Below, in pieces: positions 23,189 through 34,737 of a DNA stretch of 45,730 nucleotides. Below the pieces are notes generated by a model. The model saw nothing but the letters and a program-made list of their open reading frames with translations, made no database searches and was not told where the DNA came from. The translations under genes and the position numbers were made by a program. The DNA lies in contig JALAGF010001194.1 of the NCBI GenBank assembly GCA_030167865.1, positions 1-45,730 of the forward strand, given 5' to 3'. How positions within the stretch are numbered: position 1 is the first letter of the stretch; every line of letters begins with the position of its first letter. Source of the stretch: Craspedostauros australis (taxonomy: Eukaryota).

Positions 23189-25246
23189 ATGAGTTCCGCA
23201 TCCGAACCACCCACTCTGCGCTGTCGCTTTTCGTTGGATGCGAGCAACGGCGGTGGTGGCGATGATGATGGTGGTGACAATGCCGCAGACAGCGACAGCC
23301 ACGATGGACATGGACAATCCCCCACGGTGGCATTGCAACAGGAACAGGGAAAGAAGTCGTCCTTCCTCATCAACTGCGCGCAACTATCGAACAGCGAAGA
23401 TGGCGAGCACACTCGTGCAGCACCAGCAGCCTCTTCCAAATTGACACCGCCGATTGAAAGTGGCTGCTTCATTCTGCCCACGCCAGCGCAGCTCAGCATT
23501 GACAATGTCATGCTTCGAAAGGATTCCAACAAGGCCAACGGCAGCAGCAACGGCGGTGGTCACGCATCACCGACGCAAACGCCAATGCAACAGCAGCCCT
23601 TCGTGCTCGGTGGCTTCCAAATTATCAGCAATGCGCGGCAAGTCGAGGTGTACACTACGGATATGTCTGGCAAGGAATCCTACGTCATGACGGCAAAGGG
23701 CATTACCTATTATCCACCTTCTTCTGACACTGACGCCGATACTGGCGATGGTGGTGACACTGACAATCAAGGTGATAGTTCCAGCACAAGACCATTGCTG
23801 AATAAGGCAGTTTGTGTCATACCCGGTGGTCCCAAAGAAGTCAAGGTGCTCAGAATCAAGCTGCTTAGTTTGCGACACGATAATGCGCCACCGTCGCGGC
23901 CATCATTATCGAAGCCCGCTCTTATTCGGTTGGTCAAAGTCACGGCGAGAATCCCAGAACCCAAAACAGCAAAATCGAATGTAACGACATCTGCACGAGT
24001 TGCATCAAGAGCAGCGGCAGCATTCGGGGGCATGTCTCCGTCAATATTCACGCAGGGGCATGGCATGGGTGCGGGTGGTCCTGCGAATGCCATGTCAGCA
24101 TTGCAGACATCACCGACCATGGGCATGCTGCAACAGCAGTTCTTGCTTCAACAACAACAACAACAGCATCAGCAGAGTCATAGTCATGAACATGGCCATC
24201 AGCAACAACAACAACAGCATCAACTGCACTATCAACAGCAGCAGCAGCAATATCAACAGAGAACTTCATCTGCGGCGCTGAATGCAACAAATGGGATAGA
24301 CAAGGAGGATCTAGGCGCCGCCATGACGACCATGTCCATTCTGGCGCGTTCCACAGAGGAGAGAATGGAGAAGACTGTTGCGGAGCAGTTCAACAAGATC
24401 ACGCATGCGCTTGCTCACTCATCTCAGGCTGCCATCCTGTCATCCGCCAAGGCAACCTCCAATGCTTCTGCAGCTGCGATTGCGTCAGCCCTGGAACATC
24501 ACACGGAACGGCTGGAAGGGCTCTATCGGAAAGAGGAGGTCGCTCAGAAAAGTGACGAGACGCTTGAAAACGCATCCCAGCAGCAGCAAGAATATTTGGA
24601 AGCGCTGTTTGTAAGGCTGCAAACGCAGCAAGAGCAGCAGTTGAAATCGTTGTTCGCAGAGCACGTGTCGCCATTGAACAAGCTGATCGTCGAACAGTCG
24701 GAGTTGCTGCGAGCGCAAGCCAAGGAGCTGGAGGCAGAAAAACGACGCATCGCCGACCTCCAAGAAGCCATGGTGCGGTCCATGGAGCAACAAACGAAGC
24801 TGCAATCCAGCGTCCAGAGCATGATGGTGGCAATCGAGGACATGCAGCGCAAAAAGGAGCAGATGATCGACCTGGATGACACGCACATCATCCCAACGCA
24901 ATCGGCGTCCTTGCTGGACGGTGGTCCCGTTCCAAACACCTTCGGCGGTGGTGGCGGTGCGTTTGGATTCAGCAATGGCAACAGAAACACGGACACATCC
25001 ACGACGCAGCTGGCGTGGATCGACGATGATGCGCCGAACCTGCTGAATGACACGACCATCCTGCAGAACCAGACTTGGGCGGACCAAACCATGGCGACGC
25101 TGCCTTCGTTGGCAACCGCGAGATCCCCGTCAGATGGAAACGAAAGCGTCCTGAATCGAACGAAATTGCTGGGGCTGGGTGAAGAAGATGATGGAGACAT
25201 GAACAGAACCATGTTCAGCTTGCGAACCGTACCAGGAGAGAAGTAG
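23189..25246 (+). CDS. PAAT/C10orf88-like N-terminal domain protein with poly-Q and coiled-coil region
   Basis: ATG at 23189. Motifs FQIISNARQVEVY, YVMTAKG and LRIKLLSL resemble the PAAT (C10orf88/DUF4506) conserved blocks as I recall them. Heptad-rich region at about 24350-24860. Confidence 0.6.
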   Translation: MSSASEPPTLRCRFSLDASNGGGGDDDGGDNAADSDSHDGHGQSPTVALQQEQGKKSSFLINCAQLSNSEDGEHTRAAPAASSKLTPPIESGCFILPTPAQLSIDNVMLRKDSNKANGSSNGGGHASPTQTPMQQQPFVLGGFQIISNARQVEVYTTDMSGKESYVMTAKGITYYPPSSDTDADTGDGGDTDNQGDSSSTRPLLNKAVCVIPGGPKEVKVLRIKLLSLRHDNAPPSRPSLSKPALIRLVKVTARIPEPKTAKSNVTTSARVASRAAAAFGGMSPSIFTQGHGMGAGGPANAMSALQTSPTMGMLQQQFLLQQQQQQHQQSHSHEHGHQQQQQQHQLHYQQQQQQYQQRTSSAALNATNGIDKEDLGAAMTTMSILARSTEERMEKTVAEQFNKITHALAHSSQAAILSSAKATSNASAAAIASALEHHTERLEGLYRKEEVAQKSDETLENASQQQQEYLEALFVRLQTQQEQQLKSLFAEHVSPLNKLIVEQSELLRAQAKELEAEKRRIADLQEAMVRSMEQQTKLQSSVQSMMVAIEDMQRKKEQMIDLDDTHIIPTQSASLLDGGPVPNTFGGGGGAFGFSNGNRNTDTSTTQLAWIDDDAPNLLNDTTILQNQTWADQTMATLPSLATARSPSDGNESVLNRTKLLGLGEEDDGDMNRTMFSLRTVPGEK

Positions 25247-25599
25247 GGGACTGTTATCGCAGGCAAGCAAAAGAGATCACGATTTTGAATACGAATCGTC
25301 GTTTTCATTAATCCAGTCACGAACAACGCTTAGTCACGATCACGCGCCCGATTTGGGGTGTTCTCGTTGTCGTAGAAACTGTACCAAATTGTACGCTGAA
25401 GTGGACATGAAGAATGGCGTCATGTTTGCGTGCAAATGAGCAACATCGTGGAAATGGTGTCCACCACGACAAAGCACGTGAAGAATGGAAATTTCCAAAA
25501 CTTGCAACCGACAATCAGAGTTGGCAATTGTGGTGAGGTTGGCACACACAAGAGAGGAAGGAGAGACAGCGAAGCGTCGAGACAATTGGAGATGGCACC

Positions 25600-28500
25600 A
25601 TGGCATCAAGTTTATGGACATCGCTGAGCCGAGTGTGGAGTCCGCGCCGACAGGCGACAGCAGAACGCGAGGAAGAAGTGAGTGCTGGTGACAAGCAGAA
25701 AGAGTCCCTGTTGGCTTGCACGAGCCAGTCCAGCCAGAGCGAGGAGCACGGACATGACGAGCACTCGCAGAAGCACGGCGAAAGTGAGGGTTGCGGTCTC
25801 ACACATCAGTCTGTGGGTTCAGCAGACGAAGAGGGGGATTGCCACCACAGTGATCACAACGACAGCGATAACGACGAAGACCGACGCACAAGCCGCGTGA
25901 GCTGGGCAGATCAGACACAATCGCAGCTGCAAGACCTCACCATGTCTCCGCAAACCCGCAGGCAGCTGAGGGAGATCACATCGCCCCGCAGGTCTCCGAG
26001 ACACGGCAGCAGCAAAGGCAAAGGCAGTCCGCGGTCGCGTTTGAAGGCTGTCAAGCGCAGATCAACAGCAGTAAGGAGGCCAACATCACCAGCCGCACCA
26101 ACTCGATCAGCAGCCCAACGCAGTGGCAACAAGAGCACTGGCAGTACGAAGGGCTCTTCACGGTCGACCGTCGCAGCAGCCAACCAAGGTGGTTGGATTG
26201 GCCGATCCGCAAACAGGGCGTCTCCAACTCCGCCAGCCTCCAAGAACAACGTCAACAGCACTGCTGAGAGCACTGTTGAGAGCACTGCTGATAGCAAACC
26301 CAACCAACGTTTGCAAGCACATCGAAGCTCAAGGCCGCATGGGGATGGCGAGGCTGGTGCTAAGCCTATTGCAGAGACAGGACTTGCATCTGCATCATCC
26401 AACCAGCAGAGCAAAAGCAAGGCCAAGGCAACTGCCGAAGTTTCCAACTCAAAACTTGCATCCAAGAGCGAGAAGGAGGGTGTCCAAGCCAATAGCAACA
26501 CTGATAGCAACACTGACAAGCAAGAGGCCAAGCTCCAGCTCTGGCAAACCATCGACCGCGAGCTGCGTGTCAACATCGGCAACTCCCTGCGCTGCGGCAT
26601 CTGTCTCTCCACCGTCATCAATCCCTACTGCACTCCCTGCGTGCATGTCTACTGCCAGGACTGCCTGTACAGCGCCATCCGCGCCACGTCCAGATGCCCC
26701 GAATGCAAGACCGAAGTCACGAGGCGCTCCTGCCAGCCCATGCCCCACATGGATGGTCTGGCAGCGGCCTACAAGCAAGCGCTCAAGGAGTTCGCCCTCA
26801 CGCCGTCGCAGTACACCCGCTCCTTCACAACCCTCACGCAGGCTGTGGGTGGCGACAGCGATGAGAGCGACAACAGCGATAATGACGACGACGACAATTC
26901 GAATGGAGGCGAAGGCATCCAACCACCTCCTGGGATTGCGGGACGCCCGTCAAAGAAGGCGGATCTGATCGAGGATCTCGAGGAGATGTCACCCTCCCTC
27001 GCGGTCCTGCTGCAAAAGACCCGGAACCTGCAGATGGAGAACCAGGAGATGGGCATCCCCGCAACCAACGCGGAGAGCAACTACACGATCGCCAGCAACA
27101 ACACAACCGCGAACATGGAGACGCAGGAGATGCTGCAGACTGCCGTGGATCGATACGATACCGCCAAGGCTTGGCAATCCGCCTTCGACTCGCAGACGGC
27201 GGAATCGCCGCCCGTTGAACCCATCTTTGTCCAGGAGAATCACAGCGTCGTGCGTGCCAACGGCAAGGCCTTGAAGCATACGCTGGAGGAGGAGGAAGAA
27301 CAGACGCAGCAGAACATCCCTGGGCAGCAGGAAGCGTCCCACGATATCGACTCCACCGATGACAATCCAGCCATGACCTTCGGCTTTGACTACGACGACG
27401 ATTCTGAGAATGACAATGGCAATGAAAATGAAGACAACGAGCATGGCAATGGAAACGATGCCGAAGCTGAACCACCGGTTGTGATGGACAATCGTCCGCC
27501 GGCAACACTGACAACGCCGACAACACCCACCAAGCCTGTATCCATCCTACGAAAGTCTGATTCGCCATCCTCCATGGGCAGCGACAAGAGGCCATCTCCA
27601 ACGTCTGACGATCCACAACACATGGCCGACAGATGTCCTGATATATCGCCCATGGCTGACCTTGGAGAGTCAGCATCTCCTCATACCGGCGATACCGACA
27701 ACGACAACAACAACAACAACATGCAGGGCGGCAAGCTTGCGAAACAGGCAACATCTTCGTCTTCTGCTGGAAACAACAACAACACCACACTTGCCACAGT
27801 AGAATCGACCCCAACATCATCCAAGACATCACCGAGATTCATTTCGCAGCCACCGGGCGTTGCTGCTACGAACACCAGCACGATGCCAATGCAAGGCAAG
27901 CCGCTCATGATCATGACAAGAACCGATGCCGTCACAACCGACATCTCCGCCGTCGATTCGCATGTCGTATCGTCGCCTTCCAAATCCGTTGCGTCTTCCA
28001 TCTCCGCTTCGCCAGGCCATCCCAATCTACGCACATGGGACCAGCATCAACATGCCAACGAAGATGCTGACGATGATCTTGGTCATGATTACAGCGAGAG
28101 CATGGTGTCCGTGCCGTTTGATGACAACGACTCCGATCGCACAGTCCCAATGGAGGGCAGCATCGAGCAACTGCGAATGAGCCTGGACGGAGCCTTTGCG
28201 GATGATGAAGCGAGAGAGCAGCAGGTGGCTGATACCTGCTGTGGCATCAACTCCGCCGATGAATTGACTGCGCCGTACGGGACAGCCACACAGTCGCAAG
28301 AAGAGAAGGAGTCCAGCCAACAGAAGGACAGAGGTGAAACAGCAAAGGCACAAACAAGGGCGCAGGCAGCCGAAGTCAAAGCAAATCAAGAAACAAAATC
28401 ACAACCGGAGCTGACGCTGAAGCTGAAGCACGACCCGCCAAGTATCCATCCCAACATCACAACGACGCGCGGAAGCTCACGCAGTCGTAGTCAAAGTCGC

Positions 28501-31172
28501 ACACGCAGCGCAACGAAAACGGCAACAACAACGGCAACGACTGCATCTTCATCAGTGCCACAGTCATCATCAGGAAAGGCAACAGCACCAGGATCCAATG
28601 CAGGCGAAAGCACCAACGTCGAAGAGAGCGGCATAAGCAAAACCACCCAACAACACAGCAAGAAACAGGGCACAAAAAGCAGGAAAACGTTGTCAAAGGA
28701 GTTGAACTACTTCACGTCGCCGTCAGGTCGCATCAAGATGGCGGTGCTGGAGAAAGATGGCAACACAGAGGAGACCAGGCAATCCACGGAGTCAGAATGC
28801 TCCCTGCCAAGTGCCGATGATGCGATTGACGTCATGAAACCACCATTCGAATCGGACCTTTCGCCAATCCCAACCAAACGCTCGGCCAATGCAAAGGTCT
28901 TTACCAACTCCAGCAATGATCACAGCCACGATGACGACACGGATGGAATGGATCGCAAGATGCCGGCAAGAGACGATGATGAGTCACTTGCCGTCCAAGA
29001 GAGAGAACACGAGACACAAGATGGCGCCTGCATGATTCCTGTTGGAACCATCGTCGAAGTCCAATCTCGTACATGGCCCGGCGTCAACAAGATCGGCGGT
29101 GTTGCACGCATCATCAAGGCCAACAGTGTTACGAGCACCTACGATGTGCGGTACGTGCTGGGAGGAAGGGAACTGGATGTGGATGCTGTGTTCGTCCGCC
29201 CTCACGATGTCGAAGCTGCGGCAAGCATCATACCGGTTGCTCCCCAAGCTGCTCGCACTGCCGCTGCCACACCCACCGTTGCTCGCACGTCCAGAGCTTC
29301 TCGTACGGATGCAAATGTCGCTGCAAATGCAAATGTCACATCCACGTCAACAGGCCAAGGAGCGAGCCAAAGGAACCCATGTCGCCGCTCACGCAGAGCA
29401 CCGCGACCACGCGACTTTCTGGATCCAGAAGGCAACGACAAGAAGAAAAAGAGCAACGCTGCTGCCGGATCGGTCAATCTTCTGTTGTTTTCACCATCCA
29501 ACAAAGACCTTGTGGCGAAGATCAAGTCGCCCGATCCAGACGGCCTGCCGCCGGAGTTGCTGGCGCAGCTCGCCAAGGATGGATTTGATACTGCGGGGCT
29601 TGTGCCCGGGGCGCCATCAAACGTAAACAACGATGGCAGTAGCAGCAACGGCGGTGACGGAAATGGGCCATCCACAGCAAGAGGGCGAAAACGCCGCGCT
29701 ACAACGAAGACAAGCCGTTCCAATTCAAGGTCGGCGAAGAAGCCCAGAGTTCAGAGGGATCCAGAGCCAGAGCCAGAAATCACGGCCGAAGTGGCTGCTG
29801 CTGCTGCTGCTGAAACGTCCCCCGCAAGCACGACCAGGTCATCTGCGCGACGCAAACGTGGCCGCTCAAGCGCAGACACGGTGGCAAGCGCAACTTCATT
29901 TGCTGCAGCCGCTGCCAAGGCAATTGCATCCGTGAAGGCGAACAGTGGGAGGACACCGAAGAACAAGAAGGCAAAGCATGTCACCAAATCGCTGATCTTT
30001 TCCACAGTGCCGAAATTCACTCGCGCCCAGCAACAGAAACTGGCGCAGCGACGGTACCAGCAGTTATTTGAAGAGCACAAGGTGATTCACGTCCTGCAAT
30101 CAAGCCTGAACGATGCTGACATGAAACTGCTTCGATCTCTTGTGACCAAGACGAAGAATTTAAGCGGTAAGTTTGTGCTGTATTGGAATGTGACATGAAT
30201 ACATGTGCGTCGTGTTTGTGGAGAACTGCTGCGCACAGCACTTCCCCGCGACATCGTCCCATCGCCCTGACACCTTTTCCTCTTCTCTATTATACTTGTC
30301 TTTGTCATCGTTCATCTCTTGGAATCCATGGCTTGATCCATTTTCGTTCCGTTGCTGTCTCTCTCCATATTTTTCTTCAAACAGTCCAACTTCGAATCTG
30401 CGAGAACTTTTCGAAGAACATTAGTCCCACCATCTGCGTCATGCCAGTTGCTGAACAAAAGAAGCAACGTCGGCCCCAAAGGAAAGGAAGGAAACAAAAG
30501 AAAAAAGCGGACAACGCCACTAACAGACTGACCGCGAATTCTCGCACCCTCAAGGCGATGCGATCTGCGTTGGATGGGATCCCAATCGTATCACCTGATT
30601 GGATATACCGTCTCAGCAAGGCGGGCAAGGTCTCGGCTCCGGATTCTGAGGAATGTATCCAGACGTTGCCAACTAAAACAGACGGCGTCGAGTCCATGAC
30701 TACATGTGGCATCACGAGCACAGCCGCGAAGCTCCAGTGGGCGAAGGAGCAGCAGGCCGCTGATGAGGACACAAATGCTCAGGAGATCATCGCCCCGCTT
30801 CGCAACTGCAGCGTGTTGCTGATCGCGTCCTTTGCGAAAGAGAAGCGCAGCGATATGCACACCCTCATCACTGAGGCCGGCGGTGACGTTATTAACACTG
30901 CTTCAGCCGCGGTGAGCAAGCTGAACGCACTGTCCGGCGAAGAATCGTCACAGCGAATTGTGCTGCTGTGTGATGATTCGGCATCCACGGTACCATCAGG
31001 CATTGCGAAGGCTGTGGAGCAAGCAACTGCGAAAGGGCATGGGGGCGACATTATGGTCGTGCATTCTGCGTGGGTGTTTGATTGCATTACGTGCAGCGCC
31101 ATGTTGGATGCCAAACTGTTCGCGCCAAAGAGCAAGAAGGGAAAGCATCTCTGGGAGATGTGTCAAAAGTAG
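25600..31172 (+). CDS. RING + Tudor-like + tandem BRCT protein (BRCA1/BARD1-like E3 ligase); 2 exons (25600-30166, 30385-31172), about 1784 aa
   Basis: C3HC4 RING CGIC...PCVHVYCQDC...CPEC at 26593-26706. BRCT1 VLQSSL...RTLKAMRSALDGIPIVSPDWI; BRCT2 PLRNCSVLL...LITEAGG...VVHSAWVFDCI. A phase-1 GT-AG intron joins the two ORFs in frame (G|TC = Val). Confidence 0.85.
30167..30384 (+). other. Spliceosomal intron (218 nt) within the first BRCT repeat
   Basis: Donor GTAAGT at 30167; pyrimidine tract followed by ACAG acceptor ending at 30384; splicing restores the reading frame. Confidence 0.85.
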
Positions 31173-31371
31173 AATGTGACGCAATGAAGCAATCTTGCGT
31201 GGGGGCAAGGCAAGCGCGAGGCGGAGCGCAAGATGGCGCACGGCTGTTAGCGAAAAAATGTAATCTATAGAAATTACGTGAACTGCATGTTGACACGAGG
31301 ACTTTGTCGACGCTGTTGTCTTTGCCTCGTGCCATGTGTCCAGGCAACGGCATCGTTGTGGTGTGTGGACT

Positions 31372-32550
31372 CTAATTGGAACTGTCCGGAACGATCTTGG
31401 GTGTGTCCGGATCCCTGCCATACTCGTTCCAGCTGCCATCGTAAAGCAGCGGTTTGTCGTACCCGCACTCCTCCATGGCGAGAGCGACGTGGCAGACGGA
31501 GACGCAGCTGCCGCAGGTGAGCAGCACCTTGGACTTATCATCTGGCTCTCCAATGCCGGCATCCTTCAGAATTGCACGCAGATCCTCGGCGGGCTTGAGC
31601 TTCAACGAGTTGTCGGACTCGGTTAGCGATGAGTACGGCACGTGCGTGGCGCCGGGCATGTGCCCCTTCGATGCGAACGACGATCCTCGTGTATCGATGA
31701 TGTTCGTCTTTGGTTGCGCGGTATCTTCGTCGCCATTCTGCTCGATCATCTCGACCACCTGCATCATATCTACAAAGCGTTCCTTGGCATCGTTGGCAAC
31801 AGGATACGCGGCTTCGTCCGCCTTGTGGAACAGGTCCTTGGCCCAGACGTCGTAGGATTCCATCGGCGTTGCGTCAACCTCCCCACCGAGCTCGATCCAT
31901 TCATCCAAACTGCCTTGCATCAGACCAACCCGCTGGTTGGGCCCTCCGTACGTTCGGATCAAGTACCACGTTCTCGGTGTAAAATGACAGCCTTGCCGTC
32001 CGTAGACGATGACTTGCTTGTCCTGCGTGACACCCATCGCATCCATAGTCGCGGCGAATAGCGAGGGTGGCGGGAATGTGGAGTACAGATCCTTAGGATT
32101 GAGATCGGGGTAGAGCGCCTTGGACGTGACGATGTCCTCCAGGTCGAGGAAGTGCGATCGCGGGATCCTGGGACCCTCGAGGTATTCCGCACGTCCCTTG
32201 CGACCGCCCTTGTGGAAGTAGGAAGCATCGATGAAGACGACATCATCTTTGTCGCTTCCTTGGAAGGCATCGATGCATTCCTCGACGGTCCACAGGTTCT
32301 TGTTCTTTCCTGCTGCTGCTGTTGCTTGTGAAGATGATGCTGCGAACAGTCTCATTCCCGATTCAGCTGCAGCGACGCCGCTCCTTCTCCATCCATTATG
32401 CATCGCAGCGGTGAACGATCTGGAGCAAAAGGCAGAAACCATGGTCATGCCCATGGTCATGCTCATGCTCGTGGATGTGACCGCGACGGCAACAGTAAAG
32501 GCGAAGAGGATGGTGATAACCCGGCTGCGTGGTCTAGCCGCCAAGATCAT
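31372..32550 (-). CDS. Tandem-rhodanese sulfurtransferase (3-mercaptopyruvate/thiosulfate sulfurtransferase family), probably plastid-targeted
   Basis: IDAS...EYLEGPRIP (rhodanese RIPG-like), R-x-W in domain 1, IIDTR...GHMPGA, catalytic loop TCGSCVS and C-terminal LYDGSWNEY. Hydrophobic signal peptide ending VSA|F. Confidence 0.9.
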   Translation of the reverse strand: MILAARPRSRVITILFAFTVAVAVTSTSMSMTMGMTMVSAFCSRSFTAAMHNGWRRSGVAAAESGMRLFAASSSQATAAAGKNKNLWTVEECIDAFQGSDKDDVVFIDASYFHKGGRKGRAEYLEGPRIPRSHFLDLEDIVTSKALYPDLNPKDLYSTFPPPSLFAATMDAMGVTQDKQVIVYGRQGCHFTPRTWYLIRTYGGPNQRVGLMQGSLDEWIELGGEVDATPMESYDVWAKDLFHKADEAAYPVANDAKERFVDMMQVVEMIEQNGDEDTAQPKTNIIDTRGSSFASKGHMPGATHVPYSSLTESDNSLKLKPAEDLRAILKDAGIGEPDDKSKVLLTCGSCVSVCHVALAMEECGYDKPLLYDGSWNEYGRDPDTPKIVPDSSN

Positions 32551-33029
32551 CTCGTCAACAGATTGGCTCCTCTCTCGTGTGATTTGGAGATGTTATGACA
32601 TCTTGCTTGCGTTGCATGTAGAGCAACATGCCGCGTCAATGTGTGTGTTCGTGTATGGATCTTTCTGTAACTCGGGGTACACAATGACGACAGCAACAAC
32701 CAGCACCCTAAAAAACGTCACAAAGATCCGAACACATCGACAAACACTTCAATTCGCGCATTGCTGCCGTATCCTTGACCGCACCACGGCCAGACAAGCC
32801 AAAGAAACAAGAGAAGAGCGGAGACAGAGCGGATTGAACACATCCGTGACGATGCCCAAAACGCTTCTGTCGGCCACAATCCATCCACTTGCCCGTTCCC
32901 TCAATGAATGGAGGAGTATTGGTGGAAGTGGACTACATGTGGAGTCAAATGTTATCAACCATAGAGTTTAGAGTATGTCATTGCCGAATGATTGCGTGAT
33001 CTATCTTTGAAGATTTCGTCTGATTGCCT

Positions 33030-33830
33030 CTATGCTTCGAACTTCTCCCACTCAGAGTCATCACTTCCATTGCCGTCGCTGGTGTTGTCGTCATCCATCT
33101 TGGTGGCACGATCAACAATATCCTCATCATCTGCTGCTTCTTCTTCTTCGTTCACATCTTCCACTTCGACCTTGGTTGTGTCGGCGTGTGCCGCCAATTG
33201 TGGTTGTCCCTCTTGCTTCTCTCTTGCTGTTTTGGCTTCAGCGACAGCCAAACCATCACCTGTGACTCTGCTCGAAGTACTGCTGGAGGCACCATCGCGG
33301 ACGTGGATGACACGACGACCGCCATCTTCACCCGGATGCTTCTTTGGGAGCGTGATGGTCAACAGCCCATCCGACAGCTCGGCGTCCACCTTCTCCATGT
33401 CCAGTCGCGAATCACGCAGGCGGAATCTCTTCTCAAAGGATGCAGAGTACACACGGTTGTCTCGCTTTCCTTTGATCTCCAGCACCATCGCATCCACATG
33501 GTCATCCGGCTTCAACGAGATGTCGATGTTGTTCAAATGGTATCCAGGAACATCAAGAGTGATGACGAAGTTGCAATGGCTGTCACTGTCATTGCCGCCA
33601 TCAGTGATCTTGATGGATGGGACGTCGATCTTGGATGTGGATGTGTTGTTGCTGTTGCTGGTGGTAGCCCCGGTGGCGGTGGTGGGTGTTTCCTTTGATG
33701 TTGGTGCTTGGCATGGATGACGATGGCGGTGGCGCATGGATGGGGAGGGGCATGGTTGAGCTCCCATCATGCAAGGCGAGCGTTGACGGAGGAAGGGATG
33801 GGGTGGGTGTTGTTGCATCACGAAAATCAT
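33030..33830 (-). CDS. HSP20: Small heat-shock protein (HSP20/alpha-crystallin domain) with long acidic C-terminal tail, 266 aa
   Basis: ACD motifs FVITLDVPGY...IDISL...LEIKGKR...FEKRFRL...VDAELSDGLLTITLPK, followed by an I-x-V-type motif (VIHV). aaccATG start at 33830; the longer ORF-track N-terminus looks like UTR. Confidence 0.9.
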   Translation of the reverse strand: MIFVMQQHPPHPFLRQRSPCMMGAQPCPSPSMRHRHRHPCQAPTSKETPTTATGATTSNSNNTSTSKIDVPSIKITDGGNDSDSHCNFVITLDVPGYHLNNIDISLKPDDHVDAMVLEIKGKRDNRVYSASFEKRFRLRDSRLDMEKVDAELSDGLLTITLPKKHPGEDGGRRVIHVRDGASSSTSSRVTGDGLAVAEAKTAREKQEGQPQLAAHADTTKVEVEDVNEEEEAADDEDIVDRATKMDDDNTSDGNGSDDSEWEKFEA

Positions 33831-34737
33831 GGTTGCTTCCTTTTTCTGTTTCTGTTTCTGCTTGCGTTTGCGATTTGTTGCTTGCTGCTTGTTGTTGTGG
33901 TTGGAATGTGATTGTGAATATTGTTTGAGTTTGGAATTGTGAGAGGAAGGAGGAGCTGGCGATTGCATCTGCACTTTTGCGTTGCTTTGTTGGTGTGTTG
34001 GTGTGTTGGGGCTGGTGTGTGTGTTCCAACAAACAACTCGCATCAGCCGCACAAACAACTCGAAAAGTGAGCGACAGAAATGTGTGAAACATGCGCCTCA
34101 TCTTCTTTTCGCATCGATGGTGATCCAAAGAAGAGAATGGAAGCGTTTCGATGATTGCAACCCTTGACCCAATCGACTACTACTGGTTGTATTCAGTGGA
34201 CTGACTCAGTCCCAACACCTATTCCAAACGTGACTTGATTCGTGTTTTTTGAGGCGATTGGCCATTCCTTGGCTCCCCACATTTCTCACAAAAACCCAAA
34301 CTCGGCACGTCAGAACAATCACACCTCGCGGGAAATGTAATAGGGAGAGTGGAAAGAATAAACGCAAGGTGGTGGCATCGAAGAAGCCACGAATACTGGC
34401 ACGCACACTCTCAGATTACTAGTGCGAACGAGTAATGAGGCATCAATTGCGACGTGGCAGGTGTGATCACCACATTGAAGACGAATCCAACTTCGACAGC
34501 TCGGAGGATGAGAACACACCAGAAAACCCCAACGCGGAGAAGACAAAGACGATACAAAGGCAAAGGCGGTGCTGGTTTCACGCATCATACTCGTGCATAT
34601 GAATATCGTATCGCGATCGTCACACGATCAGGTTGCCAGCTACTTTCTTTCCATAAATCGCATATGATAATCAACTATCAACGATTGACCAACAAATCTA
34701 TCTCACAACAATATCAACTCTGACTTGATCGACGGCC

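Noticed and set aside
33831-34737. Heat-shock elements upstream of the sHSP gene
   Set aside because: I could not find a canonical nGAAnnTTCnnGAAn array by eye.
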